Shown here piece after piece: positions 27,663 through 37,891 of a stretch of 64,000 nucleotides of DNA. The notes under the pieces are model-generated. The model made no database searches and was not told where the DNA came from. It saw nothing but the letters and a program-made list of their open reading frames with translations. The stretch comes from an uncultured Gammaproteobacteria bacterium (GTDB lineage Bacteria > Patescibacteriota > Patescibacteriia > UBA1558 > 2-01-FULL-52-15), in NCBI GenBank assembly GCA_964402565.1, contig CAYOCJ010000001.1:352079-416078 (forward strand), read 5' to 3'. Made by a program: the position numbers and the translations under genes. Position 1 is the stretch's first letter, and each line of letters opens with the position of its first letter.

Positions 27663-28566
27663 CGCTCACATGCAAAGCGAAATGCAGCTACACAAATCGT
27701 CCGTTTGCCCGCTCTGCCAGCGTGATCACGTGATGCCTTTGTTTAACAAAAATGGCTACCAGATAGTTCGATGCACTGACTGCGATTATACCTTCATCGA
27801 TCCTAGGCCAAGTGAAGCTGCTATGAAGGCATACTATGATTCGCATATGTATACGCGCGGGAATAAATATGTCTATACGAAAGAGGGGAGTGCGTTGACC
27901 TATGGCGAGCAAATAAATGACGAGCGAAAGCTGGCGTATATACGGAAATTTATATCCAGCGGCGCATTGCTCGATATCGGTGCGGCATTTGGATTTTTTG
28001 TCCACCAGGCCGCCCGGTTTTTTGATGCTCAAGGAGTCGAGCCATCGCACGAATCGGTCCTGAAAGCGCATGAGCTTGATATTCCTGTCCGCGAAGGAAC
28101 GGTCGATGCTATCCCCGAATCAGAACAGTATGATTGCATTGTGACGTGGGATGTGATCGAGCACGTATTTGATCCTCGAGACTTTGTACGAAAGATATCG
28201 AAACGCTTGAAATCGGATGGCTATTTATTTATCTCAACGGGCGACGCCTCTGGGATCGTTCCGCGGTTGTCGCTGAAGCACTGGGCTTTGATGACGCCGC
28301 CGGATCATCTGCAGTTTTTTTCAAAGACGACAATTTCATCGCTGCTTGAACAAGAGGGTTTCAAAGTCCTTGATATTCGGCATAGCGGGAAGTCCATGAC
28401 ATTAGAATGGTTTTTGTTCAAACTGTCAGATACATTTACGATCGCGCCCTTGCGTTTTTTGGCCCAGATTGTTAAAAAGTCAGGATTGAAGAGATTCCGC
28501 GTCTACGTGAATACCTTCGATATTATGACTGTTTGCGCGCAAAAGGTGCGTGATATACAATACTAA
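27652..28566 (+). CDS. SAM-dependent methyltransferase with N-terminal zinc-binding motif
   Basis: CPLC...CTDC, LLDIGAAFGFF, WDVIEHV.DP, PPDHL.FFS. Confidence 0.9.
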   Translation: MNDNAHMQSEMQLHKSSVCPLCQRDHVMPLFNKNGYQIVRCTDCDYTFIDPRPSEAAMKAYYDSHMYTRGNKYVYTKEGSALTYGEQINDERKLAYIRKFISSGALLDIGAAFGFFVHQAARFFDAQGVEPSHESVLKAHELDIPVREGTVDAIPESEQYDCIVTWDVIEHVFDPRDFVRKISKRLKSDGYLFISTGDASGIVPRLSLKHWALMTPPDHLQFFSKTTISSLLEQEGFKVLDIRHSGKSMTLEWFLFKLSDTFTIAPLRFLAQIVKKSGLKRFRVYVNTFDIMTVCAQKVRDIQY

Positions 28567-29432
28567 TGAGTTATTCTATGCCGATATCTTTCAGCATCAT
28601 CATCCCGTGTTTTAATGAAGCACCAAATATCGAGAAAACATTGCACGATCTCTTAGCGCATCTAAAAACGATCAGCATTGCACATGAAGTTATTGTAGTG
28701 AATGACGGGTCAACTGATGCATCCGCAGAGATCCTGAAAAAATTTCCGGTTCACGTCGTGCAGCACGCGATCAACAGAGGATATGGCGCTTCGTTGAAAA
28801 CAGGATCACTGGCCGCACAGTATGACTGGCTGCTTTTTTATGATGCAGACGGCCAGCATAAACCAGAGCATATTGATGACCTGCTCCGAGAAGCTGACAA
28901 CCATGATATGGTTGTCGGTGCCCGTGAAGGGTATCAGGGTCCGATGGTGAGACAGCCCGGAAAAAAGATCGTTAAATTGATCGCGCAATATTTGAGCGAT
29001 GCGCGCATCCCTGATCTGAACTCGGGTTTTCGTCTCGTGCGCAAAAGCATTTTTAATGAATTCATCAATCTGTATCCTGATGGTTTTTCATTGAGCACGA
29101 CCATTACGATCGCGCTACTCAAAAATCATTATCGCGTTTCATATGTGCCTATTCGCATCAACAAGCGATTGGGAAAGAGTACCGTAAAATGGAGCGATAT
29201 GCTGGGACAATTGGTGCTGATCAGCCGCTTGATCGTTCTATTTTCTCCGCTGCGTCTCTTTATTACCATCGCCGGTATCCTGTTTGCGTTCGGTTTCATT
29301 TCGCTGATCAATGACATCCTTGCCTTTAACCTGAACGAGTCGACTTATTTTCTGATCACTACATCACTGATCATTTTCTCATTCGGTTTGCTCGCTGATC
29401 AGCTTTCTGAAATTCGAAAACGTTTACGATGA
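28566..29432 (+). CDS. GT2 polyprenol-phosphate glycosyltransferase (DPM1-like)
   Basis: IIPCFNE, VNDGSTD, NRGYGASLK, DADGQH, DLNSGFR; two C-terminal TMs. Confidence 0.9.
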   Translation: MSYSMPISFSIIIPCFNEAPNIEKTLHDLLAHLKTISIAHEVIVVNDGSTDASAEILKKFPVHVVQHAINRGYGASLKTGSLAAQYDWLLFYDADGQHKPEHIDDLLREADNHDMVVGAREGYQGPMVRQPGKKIVKLIAQYLSDARIPDLNSGFRLVRKSIFNEFINLYPDGFSLSTTITIALLKNHYRVSYVPIRINKRLGKSTVKWSDMLGQLVLISRLIVLFSPLRLFITIAGILFAFGFISLINDILAFNLNESTYFLITTSLIIFSFGLLADQLSEIRKRLR

Positions 29433-31486
29433 ATACCTTGCGCACCACTATCCGCGATGCCCGAGGAGATAGCAGCGATTATATTTTGGTAGCGACATGG
29501 GTGATGTGCGCAGTCGGCATTGTAGCCTTGCTCGGAGGTTTTTTTTGGTTTTGGCTTATCATTCCACTCGCTGTTTGTTGTGCAGGCGTCGGCGTGTATG
29601 GGTTCGTCAATAAGCGGATCATCATGCCGAAAGGTTTTGTACAAATCATGGCAGTAATGCTATTTTTTTTGTTTGGCGTCATGCTTCTGCGGGGGTTCTA
29701 TACCGGCGATGGCCCGGCATACTGGCTGCCGTTTGCACGCAGTATGGTAGAGAACCACAGGATCATTCCGTTTATACAAACACAGGACGCGGCTACCGGT
29801 AGAGAACCGTTATTGCCCATTTTTTTGAGCATTGGAATATTTTTTTCTCAATCTGAGTGGGCATATGGCTGGGTACCGCTGCTTTTTACACTGGGAACTT
29901 TGCTGTATATAGTACGCTGGCTGCGCGATTCAGATATTGAGCCAGTATATCAGCGATGGGCCGTCGCTATTTTTTTATCAGCGCCATTGATCGCGTTCTG
30001 GAGCTGGAATATCCTTGAAGAGGCCCCGGTGCTTTTTGCATTCACTGCATTTTTTTTCTACGCGGACCGGTATCGCAAGTCGCTCTCTGATATTGATTTT
30101 ATTTTTCTAACGACCGCGCTTGGCATAGCATTATTGACCAGGTATATTGCTCTTGTTCTGCTGCTGCCGTATGGGTTGCTTTGGCTGCAGTCCCAAAAAA
30201 AAGTACACAAGCTCCTATTTTTTGGTATAGCGTGCCTTCCATTTTTGATGTGGATCACTAAGAATTGCCTGGTTTACCATTCGCCATTTTTCCCGTTATT
30301 TTCATCGCTCTTTGGCGGCCCCTATGCTGCGTATCAGGCTCACTCGCACTTTCTGGGTTCACTCTCAATGAGCCTGGTTGATAAAATATATTTCGTCATT
30401 CGACAGCTCGCATTTGAGCTGCCCATCGTTTGCATAGGCTTCTGGGCACTGATACGCGAAAAGCGATATGCATACGCAGCCGTCGTCGCGATCATTCTTC
30501 TGGCATTAACATCGCTATTTTTTACACAGACGTCTGCAACTCGTTATTTCTACCCATTCGCTGGCTTGCTTGTTGTATATGGTTTTCGCTATCTTGTGTC
30601 CGAAAAAAACCAAAATACACTGTTGTTTTTTCTTCTCATCTTGTGTGCTTCTTTATTGAGTGTCGATGTAACGCAGTCGTCTAGCCATTTCATAGGAAGC
30701 ATTGAGCATCTATTTCATGTTGCAGTACCACTGCTTAATTTCATATCACGATATGCGTGGATTTTTGCGCTGTGTATCCCTGCGGTCATGCTCGTGGTCA
30801 AGATGCCCGTAGATCGAATACGCAGCAGTATTTTTGTGTTGCTGGCGCTGCACATAGTTCATCTACGTTTCATTGAGAACAAAAGCTGGATCGCGACATG
30901 GCCATGGATCATCTTGTGCATGATCTTGATCATGGCACTCGCATCAAAAAAACTATCAGTTGTAGTTTCGCGGACCATGACAGCTCTTGTGCTTATCGCC
31001 ATCCTCACGGATACGTGGGGCCTCGCTATCGTCTATGCCATGCAAAACCATGATCTGAGCTTCAACTCGGTTTCGCGGATCTATTCAGCGCAGGACATCA
31101 TCGGGCGCGAGATCGATCGCCGCGAGAAAGGAGCAAAGGATTTTTATCTCCTCACCGAAGCTCCGGGGTATTATGCATGGGACCTCCATTACCATGTCGT
31201 GACGTTCAGATCCTTCAATTTTAATTATATTACGAAACTGCACCTCGAGAACGCGCATTCGGCAGCTGAAGTCCGTGATGCGCTCCAGACAGGAACTATC
31301 AAATACCTTATTTACGAGGGCGACGAAAATGTGCCGGCATATGAACAGTTTGACACCGGGTATATAAATGCGCACAATACCATCTATCAAGTAGCTCGAG
31401 ATAATCCAGCAATTTTCCCGTCCGTATTCAACGTAACGGACCCTGAAAACGGCATTCAAGCAGTGGTCTATCAGGTCTATGAGTAA
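29429..31486 (+). CDS. GT-C fold (ArnT/PMT-like) membrane glycosyltransferase
   Basis: GD..AY...A loop, PL.P, many TMs, W..KN.....SP.FP, RYFYP. ATGA-coupled to the GT2 gene. Confidence 0.7.
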   Translation: MNTLRTTIRDARGDSSDYILVATWVMCAVGIVALLGGFFWFWLIIPLAVCCAGVGVYGFVNKRIIMPKGFVQIMAVMLFFLFGVMLLRGFYTGDGPAYWLPFARSMVENHRIIPFIQTQDAATGREPLLPIFLSIGIFFSQSEWAYGWVPLLFTLGTLLYIVRWLRDSDIEPVYQRWAVAIFLSAPLIAFWSWNILEEAPVLFAFTAFFFYADRYRKSLSDIDFIFLTTALGIALLTRYIALVLLLPYGLLWLQSQKKVHKLLFFGIACLPFLMWITKNCLVYHSPFFPLFSSLFGGPYAAYQAHSHFLGSLSMSLVDKIYFVIRQLAFELPIVCIGFWALIREKRYAYAAVVAIILLALTSLFFTQTSATRYFYPFAGLLVVYGFRYLVSEKNQNTLLFFLLILCASLLSVDVTQSSSHFIGSIEHLFHVAVPLLNFISRYAWIFALCIPAVMLVVKMPVDRIRSSIFVLLALHIVHLRFIENKSWIATWPWIILCMILIMALASKKLSVVVSRTMTALVLIAILTDTWGLAIVYAMQNHDLSFNSVSRIYSAQDIIGREIDRREKGAKDFYLLTEAPGYYAWDLHYHVVTFRSFNFNYITKLHLENAHSAAEVRDALQTGTIKYLIYEGDENVPAYEQFDTGYINAHNTIYQVARDNPAIFPSVFNVTDPENGIQAVVYQVYE

Positions 31487-31492
31487 TACTTA

Positions 31493-32839
31493 ATGTCTGA
31501 CGTTATTCAAAAATATAAAGAGCGGGCGCTTAGTAGTCTTTTCATAAAGGACGTTGCATTGCTGCAAGCAAGTACACTCGCGATCACAGCGCTTTCAGTA
31601 GCATCGTCGGTCATTTTGGCCCGCATGCTGGGGCCTGAACAATATGGCACCTATGCGATCATCTTTTCTTTTACCGCATTGCTCGCGAGTTTTGCTGATT
31701 GGAGCGGCGCCAACTATGTCGTCACCACCTTTCTGTCGAGAGCGTACGTGGAGAAGAACAGAGCGCAGATCGAATCCATCATCGGGTATGTCGTTAAAAT
31801 GTTCTTGTTCGTTTTTCTGCCGCTGACCGTGCTTGCCATTTTGGTAGCGCCGCAACTGTCCACGCGTTTCTATCACAGCTCCTATATAGGCGTCATGACG
31901 CGATTGCTTTTGTTTGAGAATATACTCGGAGCTGTTTTTGGCATTTTTAAGGTATTGCTCGAGGCCAGCAGAAAAATAAAGAAATTAACGATACTTGAGG
32001 TCACTGAAAAATTATTTTTCATCATCATTCCGATCCTCTTTGTCATTTTCCATTTCGGCGTGACCGGTTATGTGTGGGGCGTGATCATCGCCTCAACGTG
32101 CATGGTCGCGATCGGCTACTATCTGTACCGGGTATTAACCCGCCGAGATCCGTTGTTTCCACCTATGAGAAAGGTGCTCGCGAATGCTACTGAAAAAAAT
32201 TCGCGCGAGTATGTTCTGTTCGGATTCAATGCTTCTCTGGATAAGACACTTTCGAATATCAGTGCTACATTACCGATAGCTTTTTTGGCAGCAGTAGCCT
32301 CGCGGTCAGAGGTTGGCTTTTATAAATTAGCTCTCAGTTATATATCGTTATCGACCCTGCTTTTGAAACCGGCGGCTCGCTTGTTAAATTCACAGCTGCC
32401 GAAATCCTTATCGTTCGGCATCGGTAATTTAAAGAGAGATTTCTATAGAGCTACGTATTTTTCAGCAGGATTCGCGATCATCGCCGTGGTGCCGTTCATT
32501 CTTTTGGCAAAGCCGCTGGTTTATATTTTTTATGGAGAACGGTTCGCTCCGGTGGTTGCGCTGGTTCCGGCACTTATGATCTTCGCAGTCATTTCAGCCG
32601 TTTCAACAGGCATCGGAGCGCTGTTCCGAACGATACAGAAGGTGCGCGTTGCGGTCATTATAAATATTTTGAATTTTTGTATCGCAATGCCTATTAGTTA
32701 TGTTATTATCATGCAGTACGGGGTGTGGGGGATGGTATGGTCAAGCATAGGAGACTCGCTTGTCATTGCCATAGTCTGTCATATATACTTTAGAAATTAT
32801 TTTTCATTCATGGCCAAGAATACTGCGCAGGCGAATTAG
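31493..32839 (+). CDS. Wzx-like oligosaccharide flippase
   Basis: ILARMLGPEQYGTY, EVGFYKLA, FYGERF, YGVWG; about 12 TMs. Confidence 0.88.
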   Translation: MSDVIQKYKERALSSLFIKDVALLQASTLAITALSVASSVILARMLGPEQYGTYAIIFSFTALLASFADWSGANYVVTTFLSRAYVEKNRAQIESIIGYVVKMFLFVFLPLTVLAILVAPQLSTRFYHSSYIGVMTRLLLFENILGAVFGIFKVLLEASRKIKKLTILEVTEKLFFIIIPILFVIFHFGVTGYVWGVIIASTCMVAIGYYLYRVLTRRDPLFPPMRKVLANATEKNSREYVLFGFNASLDKTLSNISATLPIAFLAAVASRSEVGFYKLALSYISLSTLLLKPAARLLNSQLPKSLSFGIGNLKRDFYRATYFSAGFAIIAVVPFILLAKPLVYIFYGERFAPVVALVPALMIFAVISAVSTGIGALFRTIQKVRVAVIINILNFCIAMPISYVIIMQYGVWGMVWSSIGDSLVIAIVCHIYFRNYFSFMAKNTAQAN

Positions 32840-32848
32840 CTGATCTCT

Positions 32849-33460
32849 ATGCACACTACCCGAGATGTAATCAATCATTGTAAACAGTATTTTTCCGGAG
32901 CCCTTCTTGATGTGGGCGCCGGCAATGCCAAATACCGCGGGCTTATTCAACCCTCAGTGTCAGCATATACCACCTGTGATATGTTTCCTGGGAAGAATAT
33001 TGATGTTGTTTGTGATGTCGATCATTTAACTTTTGCGGACGGAGCATTTGATACTGTTATTTCGACGCAGGTATTGGAACATGTGCCGCATCCATGGCGC
33101 ATGATTGCCGAAGTGAGTCGCGTTTTGAAACCAGGCGGCATCTGTATGGTGTCAGCGCCTTTTTTGGTTCCCTATCATGCAGATCCGCATGATTATTTCA
33201 GATATACGCCCGAAGGCCTGCGCTCGCTCATGGAAGATAATGGTTTTGAAGTAGTAGAATGCGCATCCTATGGAAAGATCGGCGTGGTCCTTTCAGAGTT
33301 GACCAGGTTTACTTTTTTTTCGCCTTATGAACGAAACGAAAGCCGCTTTGCTCGCGTGAGCACCAGGGGGATACAGGCGATCGGTCGCGGTATTGATACA
33401 CTTTTTAAAACGAAGCACATATACGCCAATGTATATTGCGTAGCGCGTAAAAAGCACTAG
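32849..33460 (+). CDS. Class I SAM-dependent methyltransferase
   Basis: LLDVGAG, TQVLEHV, RVLKPGG, PF..PYH.DP.DYFRYT. Confidence 0.9.
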   Translation: MHTTRDVINHCKQYFSGALLDVGAGNAKYRGLIQPSVSAYTTCDMFPGKNIDVVCDVDHLTFADGAFDTVISTQVLEHVPHPWRMIAEVSRVLKPGGICMVSAPFLVPYHADPHDYFRYTPEGLRSLMEDNGFEVVECASYGKIGVVLSELTRFTFFSPYERNESRFARVSTRGIQAIGRGIDTLFKTKHIYANVYCVARKKH

Positions 33461-33463
33461 ACG

Positions 33464-34669
33464 ATGAGGATCTTGTATCTCAGCGATGATTTTCCTCCCT
33501 CTGTAGTAGGCGGAGCAGGCAAGGTGGCGGAATCGCTTGCACTCGGCATGGTGAAGGCAGGACACACCGTTGCAGTTATTTGTCGCGTGGGTGAACAAGC
33601 AGAGGAGCGATCAGAAATGTATAAAGGCATGATGGTGCATTACGTGTATTCATCGTATCATGTCCGCTGGCGCCACTATCGGTCGCTCTATAATTCGCAG
33701 ACCGTAGGCAAGGTTGATGGGATCATGGCCGGTTTCAAGCCGGACATTGTACATGCGCATAATGTTCATTTTTATCTCTCGTATGCGTGCCTTGAGCGTG
33801 CACGCAAGTATACGCGCCGTATTTTTCTGACCGTGCATGATGTCATGCTATTCCACTACGGCAAGCTCCTCGGCGGTCATGGTGAAACTTCGCCGTGGAA
33901 ACAAATGAACATGGCAGGTCTGCGCTATAATCCATTGCGAAATAGGATCATACGGAAGTATCTGCGGTCAGTAACGACTATTTTTGCAGTAAGCGACGCA
34001 TTGCGTGATGTCTTGCGAGAACATGGCTTCAAGAATGTGGTGACCATCCACAATGGTATCAATACGGACGAATGGAAAGAAGACCGTCAGCAGATTGAAA
34101 TATTCAAAAAGAAATTTAATATCCTGTCGAAGAAGGTCATCTTGTTCGCCGGGCGCATCACCGGTATGAAGGGCGGCAATGTACTCGTGAACGCGTTGCC
34201 TGCGATCGTTCAGAACGTACCTGACGCGGTTCTGGTGATAGCAGGAAAAAATGACGATTATGCATCTGCACTGTTTGCTCAAATTGAGAAGCTTCATTTG
34301 GGCGATCATATGAAGATTACCGGATGGCTATCTGGCAATGAGCTTGTAGCAGCGTATCATAGCGCAACGGTCGTCACGGTACCGTCGCAGTATCTGGATC
34401 CGTTCCCGACGGTGAATTTAGAGGCAATGGCATGCGCTAAACCAGTTATATGCACGAATAAAGGCGGATCTCCTGAAGCAGTGGTGCACGGAACGACGGG
34501 AATCGTATTTGACGCGACGAATTACGAGGAGCTTGCCCGCGACATAGCGGATCTATTGACCGATGATGTTCGGGCGCGGCAGATGGGCGCAGAAGGTTTG
34601 AGGCGCGTTCGTGAAGTTTTTTCAATTGAAGCACAAGTGAAATCAGTGCTCGAGCACTATACGCAGTGA
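33464..34669 (+). CDS. GT4 family glycosyltransferase
   Basis: FPP...GGA, DIVHAHN, GRI...KG, DPFPTVNLEAMA. Confidence 0.92.
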   Translation: MRILYLSDDFPPSVVGGAGKVAESLALGMVKAGHTVAVICRVGEQAEERSEMYKGMMVHYVYSSYHVRWRHYRSLYNSQTVGKVDGIMAGFKPDIVHAHNVHFYLSYACLERARKYTRRIFLTVHDVMLFHYGKLLGGHGETSPWKQMNMAGLRYNPLRNRIIRKYLRSVTTIFAVSDALRDVLREHGFKNVVTIHNGINTDEWKEDRQQIEIFKKKFNILSKKVILFAGRITGMKGGNVLVNALPAIVQNVPDAVLVIAGKNDDYASALFAQIEKLHLGDHMKITGWLSGNELVAAYHSATVVTVPSQYLDPFPTVNLEAMACAKPVICTNKGGSPEAVVHGTTGIVFDATNYEELARDIADLLTDDVRARQMGAEGLRRVREVFSIEAQVKSVLEHYTQ

Positions 34670-34734
34670 TCGAGCGAGCCGTTCTTGCGTAATATAAGCA
34701 TACTGATACAATGCACCAGTAAATATTTGCTTAT

Positions 34735-36765
34735 ATGTGCGGAATTATTGGCGTTATTGCAAAACAGGGAGCCTCGTCGAAATACCCACTCCAGTCTTTG
34801 GTGCGGGAATTATTATTACTGTCTGAATCGCGCGGTAAGGAAGCATCAGGGATCGCGATCGCTAGTAGCGATGCGATACAGGTATTCAATGCGCCGCAGC
34901 CAGCATCGATTCTTTTGAAGCAACATACCTATACCGAAGCGATACAACGTGCAAATGATATGAATACTGATCCATTCGTGTGCATCGGCCATGCTCGTCT
35001 TGTTACCAATGGCACCATGGAGCATCCATACAATAACCAGCCTATTATCAAGGACGGTATTGTCGGCATTCACAATGGCATTATCGTGAACGACCGAGAT
35101 TTGTGGGAGCGTCATCCGGATCTCAAGCGTGCATATGAAGTTGATACTGAAGTTGCACTCAGTATATTAAGAAGCTATCTTCGATCAGGCTTGAGCATTG
35201 ATAACTCTCTGCAGAAGTTATATGGGTCACTGCGAGGCACTGCCTCAATGGCGCTACTGTTCGATGATCGATCGGAACTGGTCTTAGCGACGAATAATGG
35301 CTCGCTCTATATGTGCAGCAATGCTGATACGTCTGTTTTTTTCTTTGCATCCGAGCTGCATATCGCAGAAAAAATTATTGAAAAATTTGGCGTAGGTATC
35401 GGGATGGCACAATTCGATATTATTCACGTGAAAGCCAATGAGGCATACACCATTGATCCGGACACCCTTCAGGTGCGGAATATTCAGCTTGCAGCAGGAA
35501 ATCATACTGACGAGCATTCTGTTAGTATAACTGCAATTAAAAAGCGCAGCATAGTTCGATTGAATCCGAGTACGCGTGTCGACCTAGCAAGCACTGGGTT
35601 GCCGGAAGCTCATTCAGTGGAGCGAGAGCGGCAGCTGCATACTTCATTCGGTTCTTTGTATGAGCGGGCATCAGCCCGTATTCATTCACTTCGCCGCTGT
35701 ACTCGCTGCGTCTTGCCTGAAACAATGCCTTTCATTCATTTTGATCCTGAGGGGGTTTGCAATTATTGCAAGAATTATGCTCAGATCACCTATCAAGGCG
35801 CAGATGTTCTGAAGAAAAAATTGAATGATCTGGCGTCAGCAGGACCTTCGCGATTCGTGGTGTGTCTGAGCGGCGGACGCGATTCAAGCTATGGATTGCA
35901 TTATTTCAAGAAAATACTGGGTCTTGATGTGGTCGCCTATTCCTATGACTGGGGCATGGTCACTGACCTTGCCCGCCGTAATCAAGCGCGCATGTGCGGA
36001 AACTTGGGCGTTGAGCATATTTTGGTTTCAGCGGACATAAAAAAGAAACGGAACAATATTCGCCTGAATGTCCTGGCATGGCTTCAAAAACCTGATCTGG
36101 GAACGATACCGCTGTTCATGGCCGGGGATAAGCAGTATTTTTACTATGCGAATGAGGTAGCAAAACAAACGCATGCGCAGCGCATAGTAATGTCAGAAAA
36201 TGCTCTTGAGCGAACGCACTTTAAGCATGGTTTTTGCAATATTTCCCATTCGCATTCAGACAAATCGCCATACGCCATGAGTTTTAGCGATAAAACGCGC
36301 CTCGCATGGTATTATGCCCGTCAATTCGCGACAAACAGAGCTTTTTTGAACCGTTCGTTGTTAGACACTATTGATGGGTATCGGTCATACTATTTTATCC
36401 CACATGACTACCTGTATTTGTTCGATTATATTCCGTGGGTCGAAGAAGAGATCAATACTACCTTGATCAAGGATTATGATTGGGAAATAGCAGAAGATAC
36501 CAAGAGTACCTGGAGAATAGGGGACGGGACTGCGCCTTTCTATAACTATATCTACTATTTGCTCGCAGGTTTTACTGAAAATGACACCTTCCGCAGCAAT
36601 CAGATCAGACAAGGCATACTTGATCGCGCTACGGCCCTTGAACTGGTACGACGCGATAATCAGCCGCGCTATGCGTCCATTGATTGGTATTGCAAGACGA
36701 TCTCGATTGATACTGAGACAACGCTGAAAGCCATACACGCTATGCAGCGTCTCTATGAATCATAA
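34735..36765 (+). CDS. Fusion of class II glutamine amidotransferase and N-acetyl-sugar amidotransferase (PP-loop ATPase) domains
   Basis: MCGIIG (Ntn Cys), RG..ASG, GHAR..T.G, HNGII.N, DTEV; then CTRC..P...CNYC and SGGRDSS. Confidence 0.85.
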   Translation: MCGIIGVIAKQGASSKYPLQSLVRELLLLSESRGKEASGIAIASSDAIQVFNAPQPASILLKQHTYTEAIQRANDMNTDPFVCIGHARLVTNGTMEHPYNNQPIIKDGIVGIHNGIIVNDRDLWERHPDLKRAYEVDTEVALSILRSYLRSGLSIDNSLQKLYGSLRGTASMALLFDDRSELVLATNNGSLYMCSNADTSVFFFASELHIAEKIIEKFGVGIGMAQFDIIHVKANEAYTIDPDTLQVRNIQLAAGNHTDEHSVSITAIKKRSIVRLNPSTRVDLASTGLPEAHSVERERQLHTSFGSLYERASARIHSLRRCTRCVLPETMPFIHFDPEGVCNYCKNYAQITYQGADVLKKKLNDLASAGPSRFVVCLSGGRDSSYGLHYFKKILGLDVVAYSYDWGMVTDLARRNQARMCGNLGVEHILVSADIKKKRNNIRLNVLAWLQKPDLGTIPLFMAGDKQYFYYANEVAKQTHAQRIVMSENALERTHFKHGFCNISHSHSDKSPYAMSFSDKTRLAWYYARQFATNRAFLNRSLLDTIDGYRSYYFIPHDYLYLFDYIPWVEEEINTTLIKDYDWEIAEDTKSTWRIGDGTAPFYNYIYYLLAGFTENDTFRSNQIRQGILDRATALELVRRDNQPRYASIDWYCKTISIDTETTLKAIHAMQRLYES

Positions 36766-37891
36766 GCCTATGCGCATCTGCTTTATTACTGAAAGCATTA
36801 CAGCAAAAAATGGATGGGGAGTGTATGCACGCGATTTGATTGGCGCGGTTCGCGCTCAAGGCATTGAGTGCACGGTACTTACCAGTCATTCGCATATACA
36901 CAGCGGCGATCCAGCTCCTTTTGAAAAGCGTTTATTGGGTTCGCCGAAATCCCCTTTCAAGACATTGCAGAATGCACGACGCATTAAATCCATTATACAG
37001 GCGAACGATTGCGTGCATATTCTCCAGGAACCATACCTAGCGCATATCTATCCGCTGAAAGGCAAGGTGCCTGTGGTCATGACAGCTCACGGCACATCAG
37101 CAGTCGAGCCGCTCGATAAAGGAAAACTCCGCTCATTGCGCCGGTCATTGTATCCGAAACTTGATGCGCTGATCTGCGTGAGCAACTTTACCAAGCAGGA
37201 AGTATTGAAACGCATTCCGAATACTTCAGTTGCCGTAATACCAAACGGCATCAATCTGAAGCACTTTAACATGGCAGCAAAATCTCACAGCGCAGGTGAT
37301 AGCTTTTCCGGAAAGAGACTGATCCTGAGCGTAGGAACTTTAAAGTCCCGAAAGGGTTATCATATAGCGATAGAAGCTATAGCTCGTCTGCGTGATCAGT
37401 TTTCAAATATAGCGTACTGCATTGTCGGTAGCACTGAAAATAAGACCTATACACAGACATTGAAAGATCTCATCCGCAAACTCCAAATTGAAAATGTGGT
37501 GATCATCAAGGGTGAAAGTTCAGACGATGAGCTCGCGGGCTTATATGCAGCTGCGGATGTTTTTGTCCTTACCAGCATTAATACAGCTGCAGGCGCTTTT
37601 GAGGGTTTTGGCCTGGTGTATCTTGAAGCAGGATTGCATGGACTGCCGGTCATAGGCACTCGCGGCAATGGTTCTGAAGAAGCAATTCAGGAAGGGAGAA
37701 CGGGGCTACTCGTACCGCAGAATGACATAGAAGCAACAGCAGCAGCTATAGGAAAGCTATTGGCTGACCGCGCCAAAGCAAAAGCAATGGGCGCTCAAGG
37801 CAAAGCCTATGCACAGTCACAAAGCTGGAATGCGATAGCGCCTCAGTATATTCAGGTCTATCGCAAGGCTATGAAGCAGGAAGGTTCTTGA
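36755..37891 (+). CDS. GT4 family glycosyltransferase
   Basis: IPNGI, SVG..K.RKG, FEGFGLVYLEA. Confidence 0.92.
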   Translation: MNHKPMRICFITESITAKNGWGVYARDLIGAVRAQGIECTVLTSHSHIHSGDPAPFEKRLLGSPKSPFKTLQNARRIKSIIQANDCVHILQEPYLAHIYPLKGKVPVVMTAHGTSAVEPLDKGKLRSLRRSLYPKLDALICVSNFTKQEVLKRIPNTSVAVIPNGINLKHFNMAAKSHSAGDSFSGKRLILSVGTLKSRKGYHIAIEAIARLRDQFSNIAYCIVGSTENKTYTQTLKDLIRKLQIENVVIIKGESSDDELAGLYAAADVFVLTSINTAAGAFEGFGLVYLEAGLHGLPVIGTRGNGSEEAIQEGRTGLLVPQNDIEATAAAIGKLLADRAKAKAMGAQGKAYAQSQSWNAIAPQYIQVYRKAMKQEGS

